Assembly (NCBI GenBank): GCA_032654565.1
Contig: JAULAX010000010.1
Coordinates: 32,001 to 96,000, forward strand
Length of the DNA stretch: 64,000 nt
Reading direction: 5' to 3'
From: Anaeromyxobacteraceae bacterium
Lineage (GTDB): Bacteria; Myxococcota; Myxococcia; Myxococcales; Anaeromyxobacteraceae
The first letter of the stretch is position 1; each line of letters begins with the position of its first letter. Below the pieces are notes generated by a model. It was not told the origin of the DNA. It saw only the letters and a program-made list of their open reading frames with translations, and did not search any database. Of the stretch, positions 11,044 to 20,532 are shown piece by piece. The position numbers and the translations under genes are program-made.

Positions 11044-11825
11044 TGTCCTTCGCCGTGTCCCACCTGACCCTGTCGCTGGGCGGCCGCGACGTGGTCCGCG
11101 ACCTCTCCTTCGCGGTGGCCCCCGGGGAGCGGGTGGTGCTGCTCGGCGTCAACGGCTGCGGCAAGACCACGCTGCTCAAGGCGCTCGACGGCCTGCTCGC
11201 GCCCGGCGCCGGGGAGATCAGCTACGACGGAGAGCCGCTGACGCTGCGGCGGCTGGAGAAGGCGGCGTTCCGGCGCCGCTTCCGCGGCGAGGTGGCGCTG
11301 CTCTTCCAGAACGTCGACGCCATGCTCTTCAACCCCACCGTGGCCGACGAGATCGCCTTCGGCCCCCGCCAGCTCGGGCTCCCCGACGTGGCCGGCCGGG
11401 TGGCCCGCTGGGCCCGGCAGTTCGACGTGGAGCGCTTCCTCGACCGCCCCCCCTTCGAGCTCTCCGGCGGGGAGAAGAAGCGGGTGGCGCTGGCGGCGCT
11501 GCTGGCTATCGACCCGAAGGTGCTGCTGCTCGACGAGCCGACCGCCAACCTCGACCCGGCCACCGGGGCCCGGCTGGTCGACCTGCTCGAGGGGCTGCGC
11601 GAGGTCACCGTCCTCACCGCCACCCACAACCTGACGGTGGCCGAGGAGCTGGGGGCGCGCGCGGTGCTGCTGGCCCCGGGCCGGGACGGGGCGCTCTTCG
11701 ATGGCCCGACCCACGCCCTGGTCCACGACCAGCGGCTGCTGATCGGCAGCGGCCTGGCCCACCTCCACCTCCACCACCACGGCAAAGAGGGTCACCAGCA
11801 CTTCCACGTCCACGACGCGGAGTGA
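11043..11825 (+). CDS. cbiO: ECF ATPase (NikO/CbiO) with His-rich tail
   Basis: GVNGCGKT, LFQN..LFNPTV..EIAFG, LSGGEKKR, LLLDEPT; C-terminus HLHLHHHGKEGHQHFHVH. Confidence 0.92.
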   Translation: MSFAVSHLTLSLGGRDVVRDLSFAVAPGERVVLLGVNGCGKTTLLKALDGLLAPGAGEISYDGEPLTLRRLEKAAFRRRFRGEVALLFQNVDAMLFNPTVADEIAFGPRQLGLPDVAGRVARWARQFDVERFLDRPPFELSGGEKKRVALAALLAIDPKVLLLDEPTANLDPATGARLVDLLEGLREVTVLTATHNLTVAEELGARAVLLAPGRDGALFDGPTHALVHDQRLLIGSGLAHLHLHHHGKEGHQHFHVHDAE

Positions 11826-11904
11826 GGCGCCGCCGCCGCACGCCGCCACCGCCGGAGGGCCCCGGGACCACCGGGCCGGCAGGTTCGACCGCCACGGAGG
11901 AAGC

Positions 11905-12324
11905 ATGATCGAGCGCATCGGGGTGTCGCTGGAGAACGACCTGCTGGAGCAGTTCGACCACCACCTCCAGCAGAAGGGCTACGCCACCCGCTCCGAGGCC
12001 ATCCGCGACCTCATCCGCGACGCCCTGGTGCAGCGGCAGTGGTCGGAGGCGCAGAGCCGCGAGGAGCAGGTGGCGGTGGTGACCCTGGTCTACGACCACG
12101 ACTCCTCGAGCCTGGCGCAGAAGCTGGCCCACATCCAGCATGAGAACCACAAGGCTGTGGTCTCGGCGCTCCACGTCCACATGGACGAGCACAACTGCCT
12201 GGAGGTGCTGGTGCTGCGCGGCCGGGCCCGCGAGGTCCTGAAGATGGGGGAGGGGTTGATCTCCACCAAGGGCGTCAAGCACGGCAAGGTGGTGCCGGCC
12301 ACCACCGGTCAGTCGCTGCGCTGA
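11905..12324 (+). CDS. nikR: Nickel-responsive regulator NikR
   Basis: RHH N-terminus RIGVSL..RSEAIRDLIR; YDH and HVHMDEHNCLEV nickel ligands. Confidence 0.96.
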   Translation: MIERIGVSLENDLLEQFDHHLQQKGYATRSEAIRDLIRDALVQRQWSEAQSREEQVAVVTLVYDHDSSSLAQKLAHIQHENHKAVVSALHVHMDEHNCLEVLVLRGRAREVLKMGEGLISTKGVKHGKVVPATTGQSLR

Positions 12325-12450
12325 CGCGAGGTCGGTGGCCGAAAGAGGGGGGGGGGGAGAATCGCCCCGCATGACCGCAACTTCTCCTCACCGCCGGAGT
12401 TGGATCATGGCATCCCTCCGGTCCTCACGCCTGTCGAAGGAGCATGCCGC

Positions 12451-13977
12451 ATGACCACCTCGTCTCGTCTCGCCTGGCTCGCCTCCGCCGCGCTCCTCCT
12501 CGCCGCCTGCGGGTCGGCCAGGACGGCGCCCCCGCCGTGCGACGTCGCCGCCCAGACCGGCTGCGCCTCCGGCCAGGCCTGCGAGCCGGTCACCGGCGGC
12601 GCCACCGCCTGCTTCGACCCCGTGGTCGTCACGGGCCACGTCTCCGACATCGCCAGCGGCAACCGACTGGCCGACGCCCGGGTGGTGGCGCTCGATGCCA
12701 GTGGCGCTCCGGCCACCAGCGTGGCCACCTCGTCGGGCGCACCTGACGACGGCCTCTTCAAGCTCCGGCTGGCGGCGCCGCGGGACGCGACCGGCAAGCC
12801 GCTGGGCGGCAGCGTGACCCTGCGGGCCGACCGGGCCGGCTACGCCAGCTTCCCCTCCGGGCTGCGCGTGGCGCTCCCCATCTCCACGACGGCCGCGACC
12901 CACGTGGGCGCCGAGTGGGTGATCTCCTCGTCGCTCACCGAGATCGGACTGTCGGCCCTGCCGGCGCCGGTGCCCACGGGAGCCATCCACGGCAGCGTGA
13001 CCCTCCCGGCATCGGGCGCCGGCGTCCTCGTCGTGGCCGAGGCCGGCGGCCTCGGCTTCACGGCCGTCCCCGGCAGCGATGGGAGCTTCACCATCTTCAA
13101 CCTCGGCGACGGGACCTACCAGCTGCGCGCCTACGTGCCGGGGCTCAACTACGCGCCGGTCACGGTGACCATCACCGGCGGCGTCGCCACGCCGTCCCCG
13201 GCGGCGCTCGTCTCGCCCTCGCTCACGCCCGCGACGGCGAAGGTGACTGGCAGCGTCCAGCTGGTCTCGTCCACGGCCTGGAACCAGACCAGCGTGCTCC
13301 TGGTCGTCGCCTCGACCTTCGACGCGGCCCGCGCCCGTGGCGTCGCGCCGGCCGGCCTCAAGGCCGGCGGGATCACCGGCAACTGGTCGCTCTCCGGCAT
13401 CCCCGACGGCCACTACCGCGTCCTCGCCGGCTTCGAGACCGATTACCTGGTTCGCGACCCCTCCGACATCGGCGGCACCGCGGTCCTCGAGTTCCAGGTG
13501 GCCGGCGGCGTGCCGCTGTTGATGGACGGCACCACCTCGGCGGCCACGCTGCAGGGCTTCAAGATCACCGGCGCGGTCCGCCTCAAGGCGCCCATCCCCG
13601 ACGCGACCGGCGCGTGCGCGACGCTGGCAAGCTTCCCCACCGACCCCGGTGCCCTCGTGGCCGGGGGCTGCACGACCTCCAGCCCGGCTCCGGTCATCGC
13701 CTGGGAGACCTACCCAGCGACCAACCTCTATGACCTCACCGTGGTGGACGACAGCGGCGCCATCGCCTGGCAGGCCGAGATCGCGAAGACCGCCAGCACC
13801 GTCGACTACGGTGCCACGGTCGGGGCCGGCTCGCCGGTGTCGAGCACCATCGTCCCGGCGGCGCTCCTCGTCGACGGCCACACCTACCAGGTCCGCATCA
13901 AGTCGCTCCCGGTGGGCGGCGGCAGGCCCCTCTCCTCCTCCGAAGACCTGCTCGGCGTATTCACCAAGCTACCGTAG
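12451..13977 (+). CDS. Hypothetical lipoprotein with carboxypeptidase-regulatory-like/prealbumin-fold beta domains
   Basis: Lipobox LAAC, Cys-rich N-terminus, DGSFTIFNLGDGTYQLRAY and WSLSGIPDGHYRV repeats. Confidence 0.7.
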   Translation: MTTSSRLAWLASAALLLAACGSARTAPPPCDVAAQTGCASGQACEPVTGGATACFDPVVVTGHVSDIASGNRLADARVVALDASGAPATSVATSSGAPDDGLFKLRLAAPRDATGKPLGGSVTLRADRAGYASFPSGLRVALPISTTAATHVGAEWVISSSLTEIGLSALPAPVPTGAIHGSVTLPASGAGVLVVAEAGGLGFTAVPGSDGSFTIFNLGDGTYQLRAYVPGLNYAPVTVTITGGVATPSPAALVSPSLTPATAKVTGSVQLVSSTAWNQTSVLLVVASTFDAARARGVAPAGLKAGGITGNWSLSGIPDGHYRVLAGFETDYLVRDPSDIGGTAVLEFQVAGGVPLLMDGTTSAATLQGFKITGAVRLKAPIPDATGACATLASFPTDPGALVAGGCTTSSPAPVIAWETYPATNLYDLTVVDDSGAIAWQAEIAKTASTVDYGATVGAGSPVSSTIVPAALLVDGHTYQVRIKSLPVGGGRPLSSSEDLLGVFTKLP

Positions 13978-16900
13978 GGCGGTCGCCACCGGCACCGGCG
14001 CGGGCGCCTCCCTGGAGAACTCCCTCCGCTTCCAGAGGAAGTAGACGGCCGGGTAGACCAGCAGCTCCATGAGAAAGCTGGTGACCAGGCCGCCCACCAT
14101 GGGGGCGGCGATCCGCTTCATCAGGTCGGCGCCGGTGCCGGTCGACCACATGATGGGGAGCAGCCCGATCATGGCGGCGAAGACGGTCATGGCCTTGGGG
14201 CGGACCCGCTTCACGGCGCCGTGGATGATGGCCTCGACCAGGTCGTGCTCGTCCCGGAGCCTGCCCGCCGCCCGGGCCTCGTCGTGGGAGAGGTCGAGGA
14301 AGAGCAGCATGAAGACGCCGGTCTCGGCGTCGAGCCCCATCAGCGCGATCATCCCGACCCAGACGGCGATGGAGACGTTGTAGCCGAGGAACCAGAGCAG
14401 CCAGACCGCGCCGATGGCGGAGAAGGGGACCGCCAGCATGACGATGGAGGCCTTCACCGCGCTCTTGGTGTTCATGTAGAGCAGGGCGAAGATCAGCACC
14501 AGGGTCAGCGGCAGGATCAGCTTGAGCCGCTCCTTCACCCGCAGCATGTTCTCGTACTGGCCGCTCCAGGCCAGGTTGTAGCCGGTGGGGAGCGTGACGC
14601 CGCTGGCCACCGCCTTCTTGGCCTCGTCGACGTAGCCGCCCACGTCGATCTTCGAGGTGTCGAAGTCGACGTAGACGTAGCCGGCCAGCAGGCCGTTCTC
14701 GTCGCGGATCATCGAGGGTCCCTGCACCAGCTCGACGGTGGCGATCTCCTCCATGGGGATCTGCCCCTGGCCGCCCGGCAGCGGGAGCAGCACCCGCCGC
14801 AGCGAGGTGAGGTCCTCGCGGTAGTCGCGGGCGTAGCGGACGCTGACGCCGTAGCGCTCGCGCCCCATGACGGTGGTGGTCTGGTTGTCGCCGCCGACGG
14901 CGGTCATGACCATCATGTTGGCGTCGTCCACCGAGAGGCCGTAGCGGGCCAGCTGCTCGCGCTTGAGCACGAAGTCGAGGAAGTAGCCGCCGGCCACCCG
15001 CTCGGCGTAGACGCTGCGGGTGCCCGGCACCTTCTGCACCACCGCCTCGATCTCCCGGGCGGTCTGCTCGATGACCTTGAGGTCGGCGCCGCTCACCTTG
15101 ATGCCGACCGGGGTGCGGATGCCGGTGGAGAGCATGTCGAGCCGGCCGCGGATGGGCATGGTCCAGGCGTTGGAGATGCCGGGGAGCTGCAGCGCCGCGT
15201 CCATCTCGTTCTTCAGGTCGTCCTCGGTGATGCGGTCCCGCCAGAACGGGCGCAGCACGGCCTTGGCCCAGCCGGGGGCGAAGGAGGAGTACCAGCGCGC
15301 CCGCTCGCGCCACTCCAGCTCCGGCTTGAGGATGATGGTGGTCTCCATCATGGTGAAGGGGGCCGGGTCGGTGGAGGTGCCGGCGCGGCCGGCCTTGCCG
15401 AAGACCCGCGCCACCTCCGGGAAGGTCATGAGGATCTTGTCCTGCACCTGCAGCGCCTTCTGGGCCTCGGCCACCGACATGCCCGGCTGCACCGCCGAGG
15501 GCATGTAGAGGATGGTCCCCTCGCGGAGCGGCGGCATGAACTCGGAGCCGAGCTTCAGGTAGACCGGGATGGTGGTGGCCACCAGCAGCAGGCTGACGGC
15601 GATGGTGGCCCGGGGGTGGCGCAGCACGAAGCGGCAGGGCGGCTCGTAGAGCCTGTGGAGGAAGGCGCTGATGGGGTGCCTCTCCTCCGAGTGGTACTTC
15701 CCGACGAAGAGCTGGTTGGCGCTCCAGGCCAGCCAGCGCGGGCGGAACAGGAAGGGGTCGATGCGGGCGAACATCATCCGCATGGCCGGATCGAGGGTGA
15801 TGGCCAGGAAGGCGGCGATGGCCATGGCCAGGTTCTTGGAGTAGGCCAGCGGCCGGAAGAGCCGCCCCTCCTGGTCGACCAGGGTGAAGACCGGCATGAA
15901 GGCCACGGCGATCACCAGCAGCGAGAAGAAGACGCCCGGCCCCACCTCCAGCAGGGCCTCGAGCCGGACGGTGTGGAAGTCCTCCTTGCGGCCGCCGGCG
16001 TCCCAGTGGTGGATCTTGTTGTAGGCGTTCTCCACCTCGACGATGGCGCCGTCCACCAGCACGCCGATGGAGATGGCGATGCCGGCCAGGGACATGAGGT
16101 TGGCGTTGAGCCCCATGAAGTACATGGGGATGAAGGCCAGCGCCACGCTCACCGGGATGGTGACGATGGGGATGATGGCGCTGGGGATGTGCCAGAGGAA
16201 GATGAGGATGATGATCGAGACCACGATCATCTCCTCGATGAGCTTCGACTTGACGGTCTCGATGGCCTCGTTGATGAGCTCGGAGCGGTCGTAGGTGGTC
16301 ACCACCTCGACCCCCTTGGGCAGCGAGGGCTTGAGCTCCTCGAGCTTCTGCTTGACGCGGGTGATGACGTTGAGGGCGTTCTCGCCCGACCGCATCACCA
16401 CGATGCCGCCCACCACGTCCCCCCGGCCGTCGAGGTCGGCGATGCCGCGGCGCATCTCCGGCCCCAGCGCCACCGAGGCAACGTCCTTGACGGTCACCGG
16501 CGTGCCGCCGTCGGCCTTGAGGACCAGCGACTCGAGATCGGCGATGCTCTTCACGTAGCCGCGGCCGCGCACCATGTACTCGCGCCCGGAGAGCTCGACC
16601 AGCCGCCCGCCCACGTCGTTGTTGCCCCGCCGCACCGCGGTGATGACCGCCTCGAGCGGCAGCTTGTAGGCGGCCAGGGCGTTGGGGTTGACGGTGATCT
16701 GGTACTGGCGGACCTGGCCGCCCACGGTGGCCACCTCGGAGACGCCAGGGACGCTCTGGACCGCGTAGCGCAGGTTCCAGTCCTGGAAGGAGCGCAGCTC
16801 GTCGGAGGAGTGGGTGCCGGTCTTGTCGACCAGGGCGTACTGGAAGACCCAGCCGACGCTGGAGGCGTCGGGGCCGAGCTCGGTGGAGACCCCGGCCGGC

Positions 16901-17259
16901 AGCTGCGGCTGGATCTTGGAGAGGTACTCGAGGACCCGGCTGCGGGCCCAGTAGAGGTCGGTGCCGTCCTCGAAGATCACATAGACGTAGCTGAAGCCAA
17001 AGTCGGAGAAGCCGCGGATGGCCTTGACCCGGGGCGCCCCCAGCAGCGCCGCGGTGATCGGGTAGGTCACCTGGTCCTCGATGATGTCCGGGCTCCGGTC
17101 CCACTTGGAGTAGACGATCACCTGGGTGTCGGAGAGGTCGGGCAGGGCGTCGAGCGGGATGTTCCGCATCGACCACCAGGCGCCGGCCAGCGCCACCAGG
17201 GTGGCGGCCACCACCAGGTACTTGTTCTCGGCGCTGAAGCGGATGATGGCCTTGATCAT
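13969..17259 (-). CDS. cusA: CusA/SilA-type heavy-metal RND permease
   Basis: LDALPDLSDTQVI, DLYWARSRVLEYL, GRAGTSTDPAP..M.ET, PI.GRLDMLSTGIRTPVGIK, RVRPKAMT. Confidence 0.95.
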   Translation of the reverse strand: MIKAIIRFSAENKYLVVAATLVALAGAWWSMRNIPLDALPDLSDTQVIVYSKWDRSPDIIEDQVTYPITAALLGAPRVKAIRGFSDFGFSYVYVIFEDGTDLYWARSRVLEYLSKIQPQLPAGVSTELGPDASSVGWVFQYALVDKTGTHSSDELRSFQDWNLRYAVQSVPGVSEVATVGGQVRQYQITVNPNALAAYKLPLEAVITAVRRGNNDVGGRLVELSGREYMVRGRGYVKSIADLESLVLKADGGTPVTVKDVASVALGPEMRRGIADLDGRGDVVGGIVVMRSGENALNVITRVKQKLEELKPSLPKGVEVVTTYDRSELINEAIETVKSKLIEEMIVVSIIILIFLWHIPSAIIPIVTIPVSVALAFIPMYFMGLNANLMSLAGIAISIGVLVDGAIVEVENAYNKIHHWDAGGRKEDFHTVRLEALLEVGPGVFFSLLVIAVAFMPVFTLVDQEGRLFRPLAYSKNLAMAIAAFLAITLDPAMRMMFARIDPFLFRPRWLAWSANQLFVGKYHSEERHPISAFLHRLYEPPCRFVLRHPRATIAVSLLLVATTIPVYLKLGSEFMPPLREGTILYMPSAVQPGMSVAEAQKALQVQDKILMTFPEVARVFGKAGRAGTSTDPAPFTMMETTIILKPELEWRERARWYSSFAPGWAKAVLRPFWRDRITEDDLKNEMDAALQLPGISNAWTMPIRGRLDMLSTGIRTPVGIKVSGADLKVIEQTAREIEAVVQKVPGTRSVYAERVAGGYFLDFVLKREQLARYGLSVDDANMMVMTAVGGDNQTTTVMGRERYGVSVRYARDYREDLTSLRRVLLPLPGGQGQIPMEEIATVELVQGPSMIRDENGLLAGYVYVDFDTSKIDVGGYVDEAKKAVASGVTLPTGYNLAWSGQYENMLRVKERLKLILPLTLVLIFALLYMNTKSAVKASIVMLAVPFSAIGAVWLLWFLGYNVSIAVWVGMIALMGLDAETGVFMLLFLDLSHDEARAAGRLRDEHDLVEAIIHGAVKRVRPKAMTVFAAMIGLLPIMWSTGTGADLMKRIAAPMVGGLVTSFLMELLVYPAVYFLWKRREFSREAPAPVPVATALR

Positions 17260-17262
17260 GAC

Positions 17263-18840
17263 CTACTTCCCCCCGCCCAGCGCCTGCAGCGAGGCCTTGA
17301 GGCGTGACTCCGAGTCGACGAGGAAGTTGGCGCGGGTGACGATCTGGTCGCCGGCGGCCAGGCCGTCCTGCACCTCGACGTGGTCGCCGTCGCTGGCCCC
17401 CAGGCGGACCACCCGGGGCTGGAACTTGCCGTCGCCCAGCGCCACGAAGACCACGCTGCGCGTCCCCGAGTCGATGACCGCGTCGGCGGGGATCCGCAGC
17501 GCCCGGCGGGGCGCCGTCTTCAGGACCACCTCGCCGAACATCTCCGGCTTGAGCACCGCGCCGGGGTTGGCGAGGGCGACCCGGAGCTTGGCGGTGCGGG
17601 TCTTCGGGTCGAGGACCGGGTCGATGAAGGCCACCCGCCCCTGGTACTCCCGGCCCGGGACCCCCTTGAAGGTCAGGGTGGCCGGCGCGCCGACCTCGAG
17701 GTGCCGCAAGTCGGTCTCGTAGACGTCGGCCAGGACCCACACCGAGGTCAGGTCCCAGAGCTCGTAGGGCATCCCGCCGGCCTCGATCCTCATGCCGGGC
17801 ACCACCTCCTTCTTGACCACCACGCCGCTGACGGGCGAGTGGACGGTGATGGTGCGCTCCGCCTGGCCGGCCTGCTCGATGCGCGCCACGGTGGCGGCCG
17901 GGACGTCCCAGAGCTGCAGCTTGCGGCGCGCCGAGGCGGCCAGGTCGTCGCCGTCGGCGGACAGGCCGCGGGACGAGGCCAGGGCCTTCTGCGTCCGCAG
18001 GGCCAGCAGCAGCTCCTCCTGCGCGGCCAGCAGCTCGGGGCTGTAGATGGTGAAGAGCGGCTCGCCCCGCCGCACCTGCTGCCCGACGAAGTCGGCCTGG
18101 ACCTGCTCGACGAAGCCGCCGAACTTGACGTTGACGCGGTGGACGCGGGTCTCGTCCACGGCGACGCGGCCGGTGGTCCGGAAGGCGCCGCCGATGGCGC
18201 CCGGCTCGGCCCGGGCGGTCACCAGACCGATGAGCTGCTGCCGCGCCGGGTCGATCTTCACGGTGACCAGGCCGGCGACCGGGCCCGGACCCTGCAGCTC
18301 GTCCAGGTAGACGGGCAGGTAGTCCATGCCCATCTCGTCCTTGCGCGGCGTGTGCGAGGTCTGCTTGGCGTCCATGGGGGAGCGGTAGAAGACGATCTTG
18401 CGCTCGCCCGGCGGGACCTCGAAGGCGCCGCTCGGGTCGACCTTCTCCAGCTTCATCCCGCAGGTCGGGCAGTCGCCCGGGTGATCCGCCTGGACGGTCG
18501 GGTGCATGGGGCACTGGTAGAGCGCCGGGCCGGTGGCCGAGGGGGCCGGCGCCGAGGGCGAGGCCGGGCCCCCGGCCATGGCCACCAGCTTCATGCCGCA
18601 GATGGGGCAGTCGCCCGGGTGGTCCTGCACGATGGTCGGGTGCATGGGGCACTGGTACTGGACCTTGGCCTCCGCCGGCTTCTCGCCGGCGTGGCCGTGG
18701 CCGTCCCCGACGGGCCGGGTGACGAGGAAGGTGGCGCCGCTGCCCAGGGCGAGGCTGGCCAGCGCCACCAGGGCGAAGGCAAGGCGCCGCTGCGGAGGGC
18801 GGGGGGTGGAGCGCTGCTCGGTCTCGTGCTCGTTGGTCAT
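17263..18840 (-). CDS. cusB: CusB-type periplasmic adaptor with N-terminal heavy-metal-binding domains
   Basis: Two YQCPMHP..PGDCPxCGMKL units plus YRSPMD..KDEMGMDYLP; YSPELLAAQEE; FLVDSES. Confidence 0.92.
   Translation of the reverse strand: MTNEHETEQRSTPRPPQRRLAFALVALASLALGSGATFLVTRPVGDGHGHAGEKPAEAKVQYQCPMHPTIVQDHPGDCPICGMKLVAMAGGPASPSAPAPSATGPALYQCPMHPTVQADHPGDCPTCGMKLEKVDPSGAFEVPPGERKIVFYRSPMDAKQTSHTPRKDEMGMDYLPVYLDELQGPGPVAGLVTVKIDPARQQLIGLVTARAEPGAIGGAFRTTGRVAVDETRVHRVNVKFGGFVEQVQADFVGQQVRRGEPLFTIYSPELLAAQEELLLALRTQKALASSRGLSADGDDLAASARRKLQLWDVPAATVARIEQAGQAERTITVHSPVSGVVVKKEVVPGMRIEAGGMPYELWDLTSVWVLADVYETDLRHLEVGAPATLTFKGVPGREYQGRVAFIDPVLDPKTRTAKLRVALANPGAVLKPEMFGEVVLKTAPRRALRIPADAVIDSGTRSVVFVALGDGKFQPRVVRLGASDGDHVEVQDGLAAGDQIVTRANFLVDSESRLKASLQALGGGK
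18448..18657 (-). repeat. Duplicated ~72-bp heavy-metal-binding-domain unit inside cusB
   Basis: 18448-18519 and 18586-18657 are near-identical copies (cagcttcat...gtgcatggggcactggta). Confidence 0.85.
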
Positions 18841-18853
18841 CGGTGTCCCGGGG

Positions 18854-20251
18854 TCACATCTTGTTCATGGAGGAGGAGGAAGGACCGCTGTCGCCGCCGG
18901 CGGTGGAGGCCGCACCGGCCGCGGCCGAGGCGCCGCCGCTCGATCCGGTCCCCGGGACGGCTCCGCTCGACAGGCCGCCGCCGCCGCCGCCGGCCGGCTC
19001 GAGGCTGACCTCGGCGGCCGCGATGGCCACGCGCCGGGCCTCGGCGACGGTCTGCAGGTAGCCGTCCTCGTCGCCGATGACCCCGGCGATGGCCTCGAGG
19101 ACGGAGGCGAAGGTGACGCGCCCGACCCGGTACTGCCCCAGGGTGCTGTCGGCGGTGGCCTGCGACTGGACGATCAGCCCCTCCCTGTAGAGGGTGGCCG
19201 ACTCGAGGAGGTTGGCGAGCTGGGCCAGGCGATCCTGGACGCGCAGGCGCAGGACCTGGAGCACCGCCTCGGCCGCGCCCTGGCCCGCCGCGGCCCGGGC
19301 CTGGCTCTCGGCCACGACCCGCGACTGCTTCGACCCGGAGAAGAGGGGCAGGGTCAGCGAGAGGCCGGCCGACCACATGGGGTCGAGGCCGCCGCGCGGC
19401 ATGATGGCGGCGGTCAGGGCCAGGTCGGGGTACCGGTCCCGCTGGGCCACCGCCACCTGCTGGGTGGACCGCTCGGCCTGGATCCGCGCCTGGGAGAGCT
19501 CCGGGCTGCGCGCCTCGGCGTCGGCCAGGGCAGCCTCCGCGGTGGGCAGCTCGGGGAGCGCCTGGGTGGCGATGGAGGCGGAGGTCGGGAACGGCTCGTC
19601 GAGCGGGTGGGCCCGAAGCCGGTTGACCCCCTGCAGCCGGGTCCGCTCCTCGGCAAGGAGGGCCCAGCGCCGCTGCCGCAGCCGGTTGCGCTCGAGCTGG
19701 GCGCGCAGGATGTCCGACTGCGCCCCCTCGCCGGTCTCGTAGCGGGACCGGGCCAGCCCCTCGGCCTTCAGCCAGAGCGCCTCCAGCTTGGTGAGCAGGG
19801 CCAGCCGGTCCCGCACCAGCAGCAGGTCGAGGTAGGCGCGCCGGACGTCGGCCTCGGCGGTGAGGCGGGCGCGGGCGGCCGAGGCCTCCGCCAGCCGCAC
19901 GCCCGAGCTGGCCACGTCGGAGCGCAGCCCCCGCTTGCCCGGCCAGGTGATCGGCTGGGTGACCATCACCTGCCAGTAGCTGGTCTCCATCTTGCCGATC
20001 TGGATCCCCTTGAACCCGTCGTTCTGGAGGCCGAGGGAGAGCACCGGGTCCTGGAAGGCGCCGGCCTGCGGGACCCGCTCGCGCTCGGCGCGGACCAGCG
20101 CCTCGGCCTGGCGCAGCTCGGGGCGGCGGGCCAGGCTCTCGTCGATCAGCCCGGCCAGGATGGGGTCGGCCACCGGGGCAGGGAGGGGCTGGGCCTGGGC
20201 GGACGCGGCGAGGAGCAGCGCGGGCAGGGCTCGGAGCAGGTGGTCGATCAT
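18854..20251 (-). CDS. TolC-family outer membrane efflux protein (CusC-like role)
   Basis: Signal peptide from ATG 20251; QPITWPGKRGLR, RYETGEGAQSDILRAQ; first gene of the C-B-A operon. Confidence 0.9.
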   Translation of the reverse strand: MIDHLLRALPALLLAASAQAQPLPAPVADPILAGLIDESLARRPELRQAEALVRAERERVPQAGAFQDPVLSLGLQNDGFKGIQIGKMETSYWQVMVTQPITWPGKRGLRSDVASSGVRLAEASAARARLTAEADVRRAYLDLLLVRDRLALLTKLEALWLKAEGLARSRYETGEGAQSDILRAQLERNRLRQRRWALLAEERTRLQGVNRLRAHPLDEPFPTSASIATQALPELPTAEAALADAEARSPELSQARIQAERSTQQVAVAQRDRYPDLALTAAIMPRGGLDPMWSAGLSLTLPLFSGSKQSRVVAESQARAAAGQGAAEAVLQVLRLRVQDRLAQLANLLESATLYREGLIVQSQATADSTLGQYRVGRVTFASVLEAIAGVIGDEDGYLQTVAEARRVAIAAAEVSLEPAGGGGGGLSSGAVPGTGSSGGASAAAGAASTAGGDSGPSSSSMNKM

Positions 20252-20266
20252 GGCAGGCTGCTCCAA

Positions 20267-20282
20267 AGCACCTGCCGTGCCA
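20267..20282 (-). promoter_or_regulatory. Sigma-54 (-24/-12) promoter of the cus operon
   Basis: Minus strand TGGCACGGCAGGTGCT = GG-N10-GC. Confidence 0.7.
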
Positions 20283-20432
20283 GCTCTCCCGCTGGAGCCT
20301 GGGCGGAAAGCGTTCATTCCGCGCCGCCCGGGCTCCGCCTGGAACGCAACGGCGACGGGCCAGCCAGGGGCTGCCCCCCCGGGGGTGGGGACGGAGGCCT
20401 CGAAGGAGCGGTGGGGGCCGAGGGCGGCTACA

Positions 20433-20453
20433 CTGTGGCCGCCGAGGTCACAG
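20433..20453. promoter_or_regulatory. Putative enhancer palindrome CTGTGGCC-N5-GGTCACAG
   Basis: About 150 bp upstream of the -24 element; near-identical copy at 23909-23929. Confidence 0.65.
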
Positions 20454-20532
20454 GCTCCCCGCCGGCGCGCGGCCGCCCGGACCACGCGGCGGGGGACCTG
20501 GCGCGGGTGCGACGGTTGCTTCCCGGAAGAGG

